Source: the human T2T-CHM13v2.0 reference genome, Homo sapiens | DNA length: 64,000 bases | NCBI GenBank assembly: GCA_009914755.4 | Contig: CP086569.2 | Span: 4,192,001 to 4,256,000, forward strand | Reading direction: 5' to 3' | Shown: one piece after another, positions 27,176-42,000 of the stretch | How positions within the stretch are numbered: position 1 is the first letter of the stretch | Layout: the number at the start of each line of letters is the position of its first letter | Position numbers and translations under genes: made by a program | The notes under the pieces: model-generated | What the model was told of the DNA's origin: nothing | Seen by the model: only the letters and a program-made list of their open reading frames with translations | Databases searched by the model: none

Positions 27176-28074
27176 ATAAATATGTAGGTATGTATGTACA
27201 AATCCCATACAAGGAATTCCTCTTAAGGCGATAGCTGCTGTCTCTCCCCTTGGCAGCCAGCATACTCTCAGAGTATGCTTTCTGTTTACAATAAGCTTCT
27301 CTGCCTACTCTTACTTTGAATTTGCTCTCAAATTGTTTTGTGCGGTTAAATCAAGAACTTGAACTGGCCCACTGACAACAATAGCAGTGATGCATAGTAA
27401 ATTAGCATTTGTTTTACTTGCAATGTGAATCAGACAATAATGCTTTCCTTAGACACAATCATTGCATCATTCATCATTCACAATGGAAATAATGTTTCAT
27501 GAAGTTGTGTTTTGTTGTGGTTAAAGCTCATATTATCATTTCGTGAATCCAAATATTCTATATTTTACTTTTCTTATTTTATTACTCCTTGATTCTTCAC
27601 ATACTGCCGTCTTTAAAAATTGTTAACTAATATTTATGATTGTGTAGTCCTACGGAGCCCAAGAGATTTTCCTCATTGTATTACTTATTTATCTTTTCTT
27701 CCTTTTCCTTTGCGAAAAATGATCTGAAACTATTATTTATCTTTTATGATTAACTTACCAAATATTCTTGCTACTGAACCAGCTTTTTTGTTGTTGTTGT
27801 TTAAAAGTGGGCACGGGGATTTTTCTTAAAAATAATTTTATGACTTAATCCTCTAACAAATATTTTCATTTTAAGTGGATACCCTTTCTAATATATATAA
27901 ATTTTAAAGATCAGCATCTTTGCAAACTTCCTTTTAGTTTAACATACATTTTCCCTTACAAGTTCAATTTTGTATTTTTGTCTTTATTTTATTCCTTTGT
28001 TTTTTTATTCTATGTATTGTCGTCAGGACCAGATAACCTGCTGTCTTCCATCCTCTTAAAAAAAGCAATTAGTC

Positions 28075-28370
28075 GGCCGATCGCAGTGTCTCTTGCCTGT
28101 AATCCCAGCTCTTTGGGAGGCGAAGGCGGGCGGATCACGAGGTCAGGAGATCGAGACCATCCTGGCTAACACGGTGAAACCCCATCTCTACTTAAAAAAC
28201 ATACAAAAAATTAGACGGGCGTGGTGGCGGGCGCCTGTAGTCCCAGCTACTCCGGAAGCTGAGGCAGGAAAATGGCAAGCTCCGGGAAGCGGAGCTTGCA
28301 GTGAGCCGAGATCGCCACTCCAGCCTGGCCGACAGAGCGAGACTCCATCTTAAAAAAAAGAAAAAAAAAA
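28075..28370 (+). mobile_element. AluY-like SINE (CpG-rich, young-looking)
   Basis: GGCCGATCGCAGTGTCTCTTGCCTGTAATCCCAGCTCTTTGGGAGGCGAAGGCGGGCGGATCACGAGGTCAGGAGATCGAGACCATCCTGGCTAACACGGTGAAACCCC… with many retained CpGs. A-tail of about 20 nt. TSD AAAAGCAATTAGT at 28061-28074 and 28371-28382. Confidence 0.9.
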
Positions 28371-29779
28371 AAAGCAATTAGTTCTGATTTAGTGTTTTCA
28401 TCCTTCTTTATAATTATAATCTGCATTGCTTTTCTTATTTATTATTTTCTAACTCCCATGTATAGTCACTATATATAACTATATAATTGTTGTTTCCTTA
28501 TAGATTCAGTTATGTCCAAAGCTATCACTTTTCTACATTTTTTTTTTTTGCAATTTCAGTGTGAAATCAAATGTTCCAGCTTTTCTGTGAATCCCCATAT
28601 TTCTTTTAGATAAGCTAAATCTCTGAGATTTGAGCCCACTGAAATATATTCTGATTTGATCCTTCTGTTTTAGCAGGTTATATGCTATGTTCCTTTATTC
28701 TTTTCCAATATCTTTGCTTGACATTAGTCTTAATAAAATATTTATGTACCAGGCATCTCCAAAGTTTCTTTCTTTATTTGTTAATATATTTGCTTTTGTA
28801 ATTTTGATCCAATATTTTTTCAGAGGGGATGTAAGACGGCTTACATAAATACATGCAATTCACACATCATTCATTTGCATGTTCTCACAACCTCTAGGAG
28901 AAAATATGAAAACTGCCTTTCTGCTACATACTGTACTAGTGCTGGGACATTTGAATATTGTAATGATAAGAACCAGAATTTATTATAACAATAAGAACAG
29001 AAAAGGCAGAGGGAGGAAGATAAATCAAAATGGCTTAATTTACTTTATTCTATATTATTTTAATAGGGATAGTGTATAAATTATCAACTTAAAAATATCT
29101 TTCATTTTTTAAAAAAAAATTTGCCTGGAAGTTTTCAGTAAGTTATCTTTTGGTCAAATTATCCTCTTGAGACTATTTTTGGGCACCCATCAAGCTTACT
29201 TAACCAAAAGTTTCCATGCTTATTTTAATCTTAGAGCTGTACATTGAATATTCAAACTATACTCCTGTCTGAAACCTTTATTGCATTCTTAAAATGCATG
29301 TTTATCCTTTTCTTCTTCACATACTGAAATAAAATAAGCAACAAAAATGATTGCAATAATTTGCCAAAAGTGTTTAAATAAGGAAAATATGATCTATTCA
29401 GATAGATGTCTTGTGCTTTTTTAAAATTATGAAACAACCTGAAGCTTAAAGAAAATTTGCAAGTATAGTACAAATAACTTTTTCTATAATCTATTTGAGA
29501 GTGAAATGCTGACTGATGATGCCCCATGAACCCCAGCTCTTGTTTTGTGCAGATTTCCTATCAACAAGGACAATGGATCACAGTACAACTATCAACATTG
29601 GGAAATTAACCTAAACACAATCCTAACAGCTAATCATCAGACCCCATTGAAGTTGTGTCAAATGTCCAAATAACACCCTTTCTAGTGAAATGATTCGTTT
29701 CAGAATATACACATTCACTTTATTTATCATATTTCCTTATTCTCCTTCTTTGGTTTTCATGATCTTGGCACTATGGAAA

Positions 29780-30200
29780 AGTACAGACAAGTTACATTGT
29801 AGTTTGTCTCTCGATTTGGGTTTATTTGATGGTTTCTTATAATTTGATTCAGGCCATGTATCTTTTGTAGCATTATCCTGGGAGAAATATTGTTTTCTTT
29901 TTACTGTGATCAATGAGGTGGCATGCCATTTTAATTAGTTTTATCACTAATGATGTTTATTTTGATCATTTAATAGAGTATTCACAAGACTTCTCCACTG
30001 TAAACTTTGTGTTTTTACCTCTTTGTAATCATAAAGTATTTTAATAATTTAATGGATGTAAATATCCCATTCTTTATCTAATGTTTGATTTATTCTTTAT
30101 TAATTTATATAGTTATGGTTTCATAATTTTGTAATTTATTTAGTGGGTTATAATATGCTACAATAATTATTTATTTTAATGCTCAAATTGTCTGATTCAG
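29780..30200. mobile_element. Possible ancient L1M 3'UTR fragment
   Basis: Weak similarity to the L1M 3'UTR (…TTCTCCACTGTAAACTTTGTGTTTTTACCTCTTTGTAATCATAAAGTATTTT…). Confidence 0.3.
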
Positions 30201-32091
30201 CAGTAGGAGACCCTTTAAACTGCCTCCAATATCCTTTTGATACATCCCCATCATTTCTTAAGCATGTCCTTCTTTACCAGAATCAGAATATGTATGAGGA
30301 TTTTCTTGTGCTCTCCGTGCCCCAGATCTAGAATTATCCTTGCTCCAAGAAATTCTGTTTCTTTTTAGAGGAAAATGGTGTTTTGAAACTGATATCTGGA
30401 TGCTAATTCAATCCCAAACCTCACCACCACAGGGTTCAGTCTAATATTATCTCTTTTCTTATTTCTAATTCTCTTTTTCAGCAAGGAGAAATAAGGGTCA
30501 TGTAAATATATTTACTTACCTAGTTACTCCTCCTCTGTGTAACCAATCCCCTGTGGCTACCACTGTCATCTTTCTCACTAACTAATTGCTCTATTAATAC
30601 TCCTGTCGATTTTCGGCTCTTGAAGCAAATATGAGGATAAACTCAAATATCTTGTTTTTAAATTTCCATGCTGACTCATTTTTAATAACTTCTTACACAG
30701 AAACTTTTCAAATATTCTTAATATCTGAAGAAACCACACTTTCTCTTTTCTGCTCGTTCATATTTTATCTCTCTAAGAAAATATAAGGGAGTTTATTACA
30801 CTAGCTGGAATATTCACTAGCTAGATCTCTATTATATGGAAATTATATTATTCAGAACTCACAGGATCCTTTCTTGAAGAATAACTTGGGACTTTTCCAG
30901 TCCATAGCATTTTGTATATGTTCATGTAACATATTTGTAGCAAATTTTTCCTGCTTTTGCACTGGGATATTTTCATACGTTTTTGTTGATATTATATATT
31001 CCAAGGTGTTATCTATTCCAATGGAAACATGAGGTTTCTCAATTTTTAAGATCATCTTATGTATGGAACACTCTTTGATTTAGTTTTTTCTAGACTATGG
31101 CACGTGGAGCTTACTATTTCTAAAAGTAACCATTCTCTAGGTTAAATAAGGGGTATATAATTTAGGGATTTTTCCAGAGATTATTTACCAATTACAAAGG
31201 GGAGGAAGAGATTCCATTACAGTGGGAGAAATATAATAGACACAACTGCAATGAAGTGGTAAAAGTTAATCAGTATTAAAATCAGTATTAGAACAAATTG
31301 ACATCCTGTGCCTCATGATGTGATGCCATGAGGAAAATATACATGACTTCTCTGAGGTTCTGGCTAAAAACACACAAGCTCACTCTAATCATGAGAAAAC
31401 AATCAGACAAATCAAAAGTGAGAGCAATTTACAAAACAGCTCTGAATTTTTTAAAAATGTTAATGCCATGAGAAAGAAAATGTTTGGAGAAGTCTTCTAA
31501 ATTAACAGAGACAAAAGAAAGCATGACAACTAAATGCAATGCTCAATCCTGAATTGACTCATGAATTAAAAAAATCATATTTTAAATATATTATTGGGAA
31601 AAATCAGTGAAATTTTTATAAACTGTCGAGTTGCCAATACCTTATACTATGTTTAAATTTTCTTTATTTGAAATTGTATAATAGTTATGTAAAACAATAT
31701 CCTTGCTCTTAGAAGACAGATGCTAGCAGTATTAGGGATAAAGTGTCATGAAAGTTGCAAATTACTCTCAATGGCTTGAGAAAAAATAATTATATAAGTT
31801 ATATATACTTTCATATATAATATATTAATTATATATACTTACATATATTTATATATTTAAGCCCACACAGAGTCACAAATACATGCATGCACAAATATAC
31901 AAAGGAGAAAGAAAGAAATCAAGCAAAATGGTGAAACTGGGTGAAAGATGTACACTTTCTACATTTTTTCTGTGGCTTAAAAATGTATTAAATAAAATTT
32001 AAAAAAAAAGAAAAAATGAAAAAATATATTCTGTTTTATTCAAAAACCCTGTAAAAATCCATTTTTATTTGTTTTTAATCACCTTTATCTG

Positions 32092-32850
32092 TTGGTGGGA
32101 ATTACAGTTAGTACAATCACTGTGGAGAACAGTGTGGAGGTTAAGCAGAAAACTAAAAAGAGCTGCCATACAATCCAGCAATCCCACTCCTAGGTATATA
32201 CTCAAAAGAAAGGAAATCAGTATGTTGAGGAGATATCTGGGCTCTCACATTTATTCCAGCATGATTTACAATAGCCAAGATTTGGAAGCAACCTATATCC
32301 ATCAACAGATGAATGAATAAAGAAAATGCGTTATGTATACACAATGAAGTGCTATTTAGCCATTACAAAAAAATGAGATCCTGTCATTTGCAATAGCATG
32401 GATGGAACTGGAGGTCATTATGCTAAGTGAAATAAGCCAGGCACAGAAAGACAAATATTACATGTTTTCACTTATTTGTGGGATCTAAAACTCAAAACAA
32501 TCGAACTCATGGAGATACAGAGTAGAAAGATGATTACTAGAAGCTATGAAGGGTAGTGGGAGGGTGGAGGATAAGTGAGAATGATTAACGGATACAAAAA
32601 TAGTTAGAAATAATAAATAAGTCCTAGTATTTGGTAGCATAACACGGTGAATATGGTAAAAAATTAATTGTACATTTTAAAATAACTAAGAGTATAATTA
32701 GATTTTTTGTAACACAAAGGATAAATGCTTGAGTTGATGAATATTCCATTTTCTCTGGTGTAATTATTATGCATTGTATGCCTGTATCATATCTCATGTA
32801 TCCCATAAATATATATATCTACTATGTATCCACAAAAATTAAACACATAA
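32092..32850 (+). mobile_element. L1M-type L1 3' end fragment (ORF2 C-terminus plus 3'UTR), sense
   Basis: GTTGGTGGGAATTACAGTTAGTACAATCACTGTGGAGAACAGTGTGGAGGTTAAGCAGAAAACTAAAAAGAGCTGCCATACAATCCAGCAATCCCACTCCTAGGTATATACTC…ATGCTAAGTGAAATAAGCCAGGCACAGAAAGACAAATATTACATG. Confidence 0.6.
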
Positions 32851-33058
32851 ATAAAATACTTTCTTATATCCACCCTAAATTTTATAAGTGACATCTGAAA
32901 CTTCTTTCTTCTTCTTCTTTCTTTGATCAATGTGTGTACTAGCTAGTTATAATTCTCTGAATAATTTTTACATGCCTAATGACATAAATTACTTCTTTGC
33001 TTCCATTTCAGAATCTTCACATGTTTTAAGCTATAAGATGCATAACTAACAACTAAAC

Positions 33059-33392
33059 TGAAAATCATATAAACATAAATATACATTGGAGCAATATTAA
33101 TATTTTTAATTTTAAAAATTGAAAATATAAACTTATAATCATATTACATTAAGAAACTCTAAGGACTAAATTTCCTCTTTCCTATCCTCAGAATATGAAT
33201 TAGTTTTAAAATTAAATACTGAAAATCATATAAACATAAATATACATCGGAGCAATATTTTTTTAATTTAATATTTTTAATTTTAAAAATTGAAAATATA
33301 AATTTATAATCATATTACATTAAGACCTCTAAGGACTAAATTTCCTCTTTCCTATCCTCAGAATATGAATTAGTTTTAAAATTAAATACTGA
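33059..33392. repeat. Tandem duplication, 2 units of about 161-173 bp
   Basis: Unit 1 spans 33059-33219 and unit 2 spans 33220-33392. Both begin TGAAAATCATATAAACATAAATATACAT(T/C)GGAGCAATAT… and end …CCTATCCTCAGAATATGAATTAGTTTTAAAATTAAATACTGA. About 95% identical, with one indel. Confidence 0.85.
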
Positions 33393-33623
33393 TTTGAAAA
33401 AACATGCTTTGAAAGAAGAATTAGAATAAATAGAGAAAACAGTGACAATTTTCTCATTACAGGTAATAAACTTGATATTTTTTGTTTTTTAGTCTACGTA
33501 CTATTTGAAGATCTGAAGATTATATTAGCCATCTTGGCAGATATTAAATGAATAACGCAAATACTAGCTTCTTAGTTCAGCTTTGTTTCTTTAAGGAAAA
33601 CAAGGTTCTTAGACATCTTAAAC

Positions 33624-33923
<300 letters not shown>

Positions 33924-35880
33924 TAGACATCTTAAACTTTTATAAAAAAAAATTTGTTTGTGTTTTTGTGTGTGTTTGTGTGTATGTATGTTGAGGATGA
34001 GGCTCTCTTTCAGACTTCCATATATACTTTCTTCTATTTAGCTTTTAAAAACATATTTGTACATTTAATTTATCTGCTATTATATCTAAGTATGTTAATT
34101 TATATTTTATGTAAATGATAGTGTTTTTCATTTTATTATTATTCATTTTATTTTGTATGTCATTTCAGAGGTCAGTCTTATTTGGAAAAAATACATTACT
34201 AATGTTTAGGATCACTCTGAATTCTAGTTCAGCTTTTGGGGGTTTTAGCAATCATTTGGAGCTATTCTTTGTGTACCATGACTGTTCAGTGACTATTTAT
34301 TGAACACCCCAAAATTACAGTGTTATATGGTATGGAAGTTATAGAACAAAGAAGATATGAAGCTTCAAAGAATTTGCCCTCCGTTTACCCAAGTATCCTC
34401 TGAGAAAAAAACAATTTAGCTGCACAATATAGACCAGACATTTTAGTGTACTATTAATATATGTTCATTATAAAAATTTAATACGGAAAAACATAATGAA
34501 GAAAACAAAAATCCCCCTAACTTCTAGCACCTAGAGTAACTACTAAAAACACTTTGGAAAATATAGTTCTAAATATCAATTGATATTAATCTCTCTCTCT
34601 CTTTCTCCGTCCCTATCTATCTACATATTTTCTTCCTCTACAGAGATACCCAAGTGCAATTTTATATTAATAGCTTCACACTACACAAACTGTCATGCAT
34701 TTTGCCTTTAAGCATTAAATTATTTTTGGTATATAACTTAGATATCAGTAACACAAATCTATTTTATTATTTTTAAAGCCTATAGTTTTCATAGCTATAC
34801 AGATATATATATATATTCTAAATCTCTTTTCAATGATTACCAATAGATGCTTAGGCTCTTATCTTTTTTCTATTATTTTTTTCTGTGGCCATTTTTGGCA
34901 TATAGATATTTTCATATGTGATCAATGACCACTAATATAAATTCCTTGAAGAGTATTGCTTGCTCAAATCTAACCCAATTTTAAATACTATTATACTAAA
35001 ATGTTTTCGGGTATATAAATTTACGCTTCACATTTCTTGACCGACACTAATTATTTCTATTTTTCTTTAGTCTTTGACAACATGCCATGCCATTTTACAT
35101 TTCTATTATTCACATTCTCATTTAAAAAGCCCTTTTAATGTCAAGGTATTTTTTGATAACTGGCTGATTAATATGGCCAGTTATGTTGTTTTGTCCTTTG
35201 ATATATTCTCAATCATATTTGTTAAATTATACATTTTCTGGCTGGTAAGATTTATTTACACGTCTCTTAATGTATTCTAGACCATATTTGCATTAATATT
35301 TTTGAGATTTTATGTGGCTTATTTTCTCATTTTTTGCTTTCATCATCAAGGTTTTTTTATACAGAATTAAAGTAAAATAGGATGAGAAGATGTCATTCAA
35401 CTATGTGTTGTGGAATAGTTTAAATAGCATAGACATTATCTATTCCTTAGTAATTTTAAGAATAGTCTTATGTTAACATCTGGGTCTACCCTGTATTTGT
35501 GGGGTAAAGTGACATATTGTCAATGTGTTTATTCTTTTCCATTTAGTTTATTTTTTCTCTTTTTTGCTCTAAGTGGTTTAATTCATTAATTCACAGTGTT
35601 GTTCGAATGAATAATTTAAATTTCCACTATTTCTGTATTTATACATTGTTCTCATATTTTTTTATTTGTATCTTAGGACATTAAGAGATTATATGTTGTG
35701 TATTTTAATAAAGCATTTCTCTCTTTTATAATTTTATTTATTTTCTATTTTCTAATTCATTAATGTCTTCCTACTTCTCTCCTTAATTATGAATTGATTT
35801 TTTTTTAAATTTCTTGCATTAGTTTCATCATGCATTTATTCTGTTTTGGGGGGAATATCATTTATAAGGTTATGAATTTA

Positions 35881-36363
<483 letters not shown>

Positions 36364-36597
36364 CTATGTCTTTCGTGAAAGTGGAAGTGGTGTATTACCG
36401 GTATCAGGTTTGTAAGAGATGGGCTATCTCCATGCTGATATTCTTCATTCACAGTTTTGATGTCATTCTTAATCTAATTATTAAAATAAAGTTGATTTTT
36501 GTGATAGAGTATTTTCAGACTCAGTTCACGACCTCTGCCTCACACCCTCTTTGCTGCCGCAGTGATTGTGGACATTTTTTCTCAAGTTTTAAACACT

Positions 36598-36735
36598 TTT
36601 TTTCTTTTCTTTCTTACCTTTCCTTTTCTTTTTCCCTCCCTCCCTCCCTCCCTGTCTTCCTTCATTCCTTCCCTCCTTTTCTCCCTCACTCTCTCCTAAT
36701 ATCCCTCTCTACTTCCTTCCTTTCTTTCCTTCATA
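36598..36735. repeat. Polypyrimidine (TTCC/CCCT)n low-complexity tract
   Basis: TTTTCTTTCTTACCTTTCCTTTTCTTTTTCCCTCCCTCCCTCCCTCCCTGTCTTCCTTCATTCCTTCCCTCC…. Confidence 0.8.
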
Positions 36736-37069
36736 AAGTGGTATGACATGGGCCTTGATCAATGAGGAACAATATTGGTTCAAACAGAAATGACATTGGC
36801 TGCAAATATTTGGTACTGGTTGACCAATGCACGCAAGCTTAAATTTATGGTTATTTTTGCTCCCCACATGATTTCTTCATTCATTTACACTTCATTTGTC
36901 CAGGACGTGTGTAAAAGTTTCTTTAAACTGTTTTTTTATTTATTGCCTTACACATCTGTATATTTAAGTTTCTTTTGGATTCTGGAAAATTCGCAACCAG
37001 TATTGCTTTTAATATTTCTTCTCCATTTTTTTTTTCTATTATCTTCTACTGTTACTCTCTTTAGATTTA

Positions 37070-37420
37070 CAGTCATGGGCCACATAACAGTATTTCAGCC
37101 AATGATGGACCTCATATGCAAAGGTGGTCCCATAAAATCATAATACCATATTTTTACTGTAACTTTCATATGTTTAGATATGTTTAGAAACACAAATACT
37201 TCTTACCAATGTTTTCCAATTGCCTATAGTATTCAGTAGAGTAACACACTGTTCAGGTCTGTAGTCTAGGACAATAGGCCATACCATGTAGGCTAGTTAT
37301 ACACTAGACTATATAACATCTAGGTTTATGTAAGTACAATAATGTTTGCACAATGATGAAATCTCCTAATGATGCATTTCTCAGAGTGTATCCCTATCAT
37401 TAAATGACACGTAATTGTAC
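37070..37420. mobile_element. Internally deleted DNA-transposon remnant (Tigger/MER-like with CAGTCATG termini)
   Basis: CAGTCATGGGCCACATAACAGTATTTCAGCCAATGATGGACCTCATATGCAAAGGTGGTCCCATAAAATCATAAT is joined directly to …GCACAATGATGAAATCTCCTAATGATGCATTTCTCAGAGTGTATCCCTATCATTAAATGACACGTAATTGTAC. This resembles the two ends of a human TIR element. Family assignment is from memory only. Confidence 0.4.
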
Positions 37421-37425
37421 ATTGA

Positions 37426-37810
<385 letters not shown>

Positions 37811-37814
37811 AAGA

Positions 37815-37935
37815 TATATATCTAAAGATATCTATCTATCTAGATATTTAATCTACTAATCTATCTAGATATTTAATCTATCTAGATAATTAAATGTCTA
37901 TCTATTTAATTATTAGTAGATAATTAATATCTACT
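37815..37935. repeat. (TAGA/TATC)n-rich low-complexity tract
   Basis: ATATATCTAAAGATATCTATCTATCTAGATATTTAATCTACTAATCTATCTAGATATTTAATCTATCTAGATAATTAAATGTCTATCTATTTAATTATTAGTAGATAATTAATATCTAC. Confidence 0.75.
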
Positions 37936-38235
37936 AATATTTAAACCATCAATTGATATTTTATTTTTTTCCACAGAGATCTTATCCCAATCAGAATACT
38001 TTTCATTTCTAGAAATTCTATTGTTTTCCCAATTTTTCTGCCCTTGTTGGTCTCTTTTTCCTTGTTCATTTTTTTATTTCATCATTCATTCATTTATTTT
38101 ATTAGCTTTTTCAAACATAGCTAGGTTATGTTCTGTATGTGATATTACTTAAATCTGAAGTTTTTGGTCATCTAAATATGTTTTTCTTTCTTTGTGTGGT
38201 TATTTCAGATAACTAGTTCTTTGATTTATTTGTTT

Positions 38236-38350
38236 TTTTTGTATTTTTAGTAGAGATGGGGTTTTGCCATGTTGGCCAGGGTGGTCTTGAACTCCTGACC
38301 TCAGGTGATCCACCCTCTGGGATTACAGGCATGAGCCATTGTGCCTGGCC
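38236..38350 (-). mobile_element. Alu left-monomer fragment (FLAM-like), antisense
   Basis: TTTTTTTTGTATTTTTAGTAGAGATGGGGTTTTGCCATGTTGGCCAGGGTGGTCTTGAACTCCTGACCTCAGGTGATCCACCC[del]TCTGGGATTACAGGCATGAGCCATTGTGCCTGGCC. Only Alu positions about 1-120 are present. Confidence 0.75.
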
Positions 38351-39043
38351 CTGTATTTTCTTATATAGTTCATACATTCCTATTCTAGTTTCAGATGGGC
38401 TTTCATGTCCCTCCTTGTAGAGATTTTTCTAATATATAAGGAGCTCAGAAATAAAGTACATACCAGTGATCATTCACCCAGGATGTGCTTCATTTTTAGT
38501 TGCAGAGACTTTTAGAATATCTTATATTCCATGCTGCTTGAAAAATATTTGCTCTTTGAAATAAATAGAACATTTAAAAAAGGCCAGATGTGCAAATATA
38601 GACCAAACCTCTTCCTTTCAAACATTAAAAATTCCCAAAGTATTTCATGAATATTCTTATAACCATATGGCAAAATGCTGAATACTCAAATATGCACATG
38701 TAGAAAGATGTGACAACAATGTGTTGGCTAAAGTGAAACTGATAGTTTATGATGGAGTCTAAAGCTCAAACTTTCTTTAATGTCTTTATTATTAAATATT
38801 TTCATTTCCAAAAATTCTCTTAAAATATCCAGTTGTCTATTCCATTATATAAGACATAAATAAAATTGTTGAATGATATTAATCCTTAGTGTGATTCTGG
38901 TGGAAATGGATTCCATAGAGTCTTTTTAGTTAATGAATTAAGAACAACCATCATACTCAAATATGTTTTCCAAATTTTTAGACTTCTTTTCTTCCTTGGG
39001 AACACCAAATATTCTTGGGTTTGGTCATTTAACATAATCCCAA

Positions 39044-42000
39044 ATGGTTTTTCTTGTCTCTGTCTCCTTCGGTTCTTCTCTGATCTCAGTTATTTCTTGT
39101 CTTCTTCTAGCTTTTCAATTTGTTTGCTCTTGCTTCTCCATTTCTTTCAATTGTGATGTTAGAGTGTCAATTTTAGATCTTTCTCACTTTTTCCTGTGGG
39201 TATTTAGTGCTATAAATTTTCCTGTAAACACTGCTTTAGCTGTGTCCCAGAGATTCTGGTACATTGTGTCTTTGTTCTCATTGGTTTCAAATAACTTATT
39301 TATTTCTGCCTTAATTTTGTTATGTACCCAGTAGTCATTCAGGAGCAGGTTGTTCAGTTTCCATGTTGTTGTGCAGTTTTGAGTGAATTTCTTAATCATG
39401 AATTCTAATTAGATTGCACTGTGGTCTGAGAGACTGTTTGTTATGATTTCCATTCTTTTGCATTTGCTGAGGAGTGTTTTGCTTCCAATTATGAGGTCAA
39501 TTTTACAATAAGTGTGATGTGGTGATGAGAAGAACGTTTATTCTGTTGATTTGCGGTGGAGAGTTCTCTAGATGTCTATTAGGTCCACTTGGTCCAGAGC
39601 TGAGTTCAAGTCTTGAATATCTTTGTTGATTTTCGACAATGGGGTGTTAGAGTCTCCCACTATTATTGTGAGGGAGTCTAAGTCTCTTTGTAGGTCTCTA
39701 AGAACTTGCTTTACAAATCTGGGGGCTCCTGTATTGGGTGCGTACATATTTAGGATATTTAGCTCTTCTTGTTGCATTGATCCCTTTACCATTACATAAT
39801 GCCCTTCTTTGTCTCTTTTGATCTTTGTTGGTTTAAAGTCTGTTTTATCAGAGACTAGATTTGTAACCCCTGCTTTTTTTTTTTTTGCTTTCCATTTGCT
39901 TGGTAAATATTCTTCCATCCCTTTATTTTGAGCCTATGTGTGTCTTTGCATGTGAGATGGGTCTCCTGAATACAGCACACCAATGGGTCTTGACTCTTTA
40001 TCCAGTTTGCAAGTCTGTATCTTAATTGGGGCATGTAGCCTGTTTACATTTAAGGTTAATATTGTTATGTGTGAATTTGATCCTGTCATTATGATGCTAG
40101 CTGGTTATTTTGCCCATTAGTTGATGCAGTTTCTTCATAGTGTCGATGATCTTTACAATTTGATATGTTTTTGCAGTGGCTGGTACCAGTTTTTTCTTTC
40201 CATATTTAGTGCTTCCTTCAGGAGCTCTTGTAAGGCAGGCCTGGTAGTGACAAAATCTCTCAGCATTTGCTTGTCTGTAAAGGATTTTATTTCTCCTTCA
40301 TTTATGAAGCTTAGTTTGGCTGGATATGAGATTCTGGGTTGAACATTCTTTTCTTTAAGAATGTCAAGTAATGGCCCCCACTCTCCTGGCTTGTACAGTT
40401 TCTGACAGGAGATCCACTGTTAGTCTGATGGGCTTCCCTTTGAGGGTAACCCGACCTTTCTCTCTGGCTGCCCTTAACATTTTTTCCTGCATTTCAACCT
40501 TGCTGAATCTGACAATTATATGTCTTGGGGTTGCTTTTCTCGAGGAGTATCTTTGTTGTGTTCTCTGTATTTCCTGAATTTGAATGTTAGCCTGTCTTGG
40601 TAGGTCGGGGAAGTTCTCCTGGATAATATTCTATAAAGTGTTTTCCAACTTGCTTCCATTCTCCCTGTCACTTTTAGGTACACCAGTCAAACACAGGTTT
40701 GTTCTTTTCACATAGTCCCATATTTCTTGGAGGCTTTGTTCATTCCCTTTCATTCTTTTTTCTCTATTCTTGTCTTCACGCTTTATTTCATTAAGTTGGT
40801 CTTCAATCTCAGATATTCTTTCTTCCACTTGATCGATTTGGCTATCGATACTTTGTGTATGCTTCATGAAGTTCTCGTGCTGTGTGTTTCAGCTCCATCA
40901 GTCATTTATGTTCTTCTCTAAACTGATTATTCTAGTTAGCAATTCCTCTAACGTTTTATCAAGTTTCCTTGAATTGGGTTAGAACATGCTCCTTTAGCTT
41001 AGAGGAGTTTGTTATTACCCACCTTCTGAGGCCTACTTCTGTCAATTCATCAACTGATTCTCTGCCTGGTTTTGTTCCCTTGTTGGCAAGGAGTTCTGAT
41101 CCTTTGAAGGAGAAGAGACATTCTGGTTTTTTGAATTTTCAGCCTTTTTGCGCTGCCTTTTCCTTATCTTTGTGTATTTATCTACCTTTGGTCTTTGATG
41201 TTGGTGACATTTGGATGGGATTTTTGTGTGGATGTCCTTTTTGTTTATGTTGAGGCTATTCCTTTCATTTCTTTCTGTTTGTTAATTTTCCCTCTACCAG
41301 TCAGGCCCCTCTGCTGCATGTCTGTTGTAGTTTGCTGGAGGTCCACTCCAGACCCTGTTTGCCTGGGTATCACTAGTGGAGGCTGCAGAACAGCAAAGAT
41401 TGCTGCCTGTTCCTTCCTCTGGAAGCTTCATTCCAGAGGGGCACCCACCAGATGCCAGCTGGAGCTCTCCTGTATGAGGGATCTGTTGATTCCAGCTGGG
41501 AGGTGTCTGCTACTCAGGAGGCACAGTTGTCAGGGACCCACTTGAGGAGGCAGTCTACCCCTTATCAGAGCTTGAGCGCTGTTCTGGGAGATCCACTGCT
41601 CTCTTCAGAGCCAGCAGGCAGGGACGTTTAAGTCTGCTGAAGCTGCGCCCACAGCCGCCCCTTACCCCAGGTGCTCTGTCCCAGGGAGATGGGAGTTTTA
41701 TCTATAAGCCACTGACTGGGGCTGCTGCCTTTCTTTCAGAGATGCCCTGTCCAGAGAGGAGGAATCTAGAGAGACAGTCTGGCTACAGCAGCTTTGCTGA
41801 GCTGTGGTTGCCTCCTCTCAGTTCAAACTTCCAGGCAGCTTTGATTACACTGTAAGTGTAAACTACCTTCAGACTGCTCTGGTGGCAGTGAGAATTTCAA
41901 GCCAGTGGATCTTACCTTTCTGGGCTCCATGGGGGTGGGATGTGCTGAGGCAGACTACTTGGCTTCCTGGCTTCAGTCTCCTTTTCAGGGGAGTGAACGG

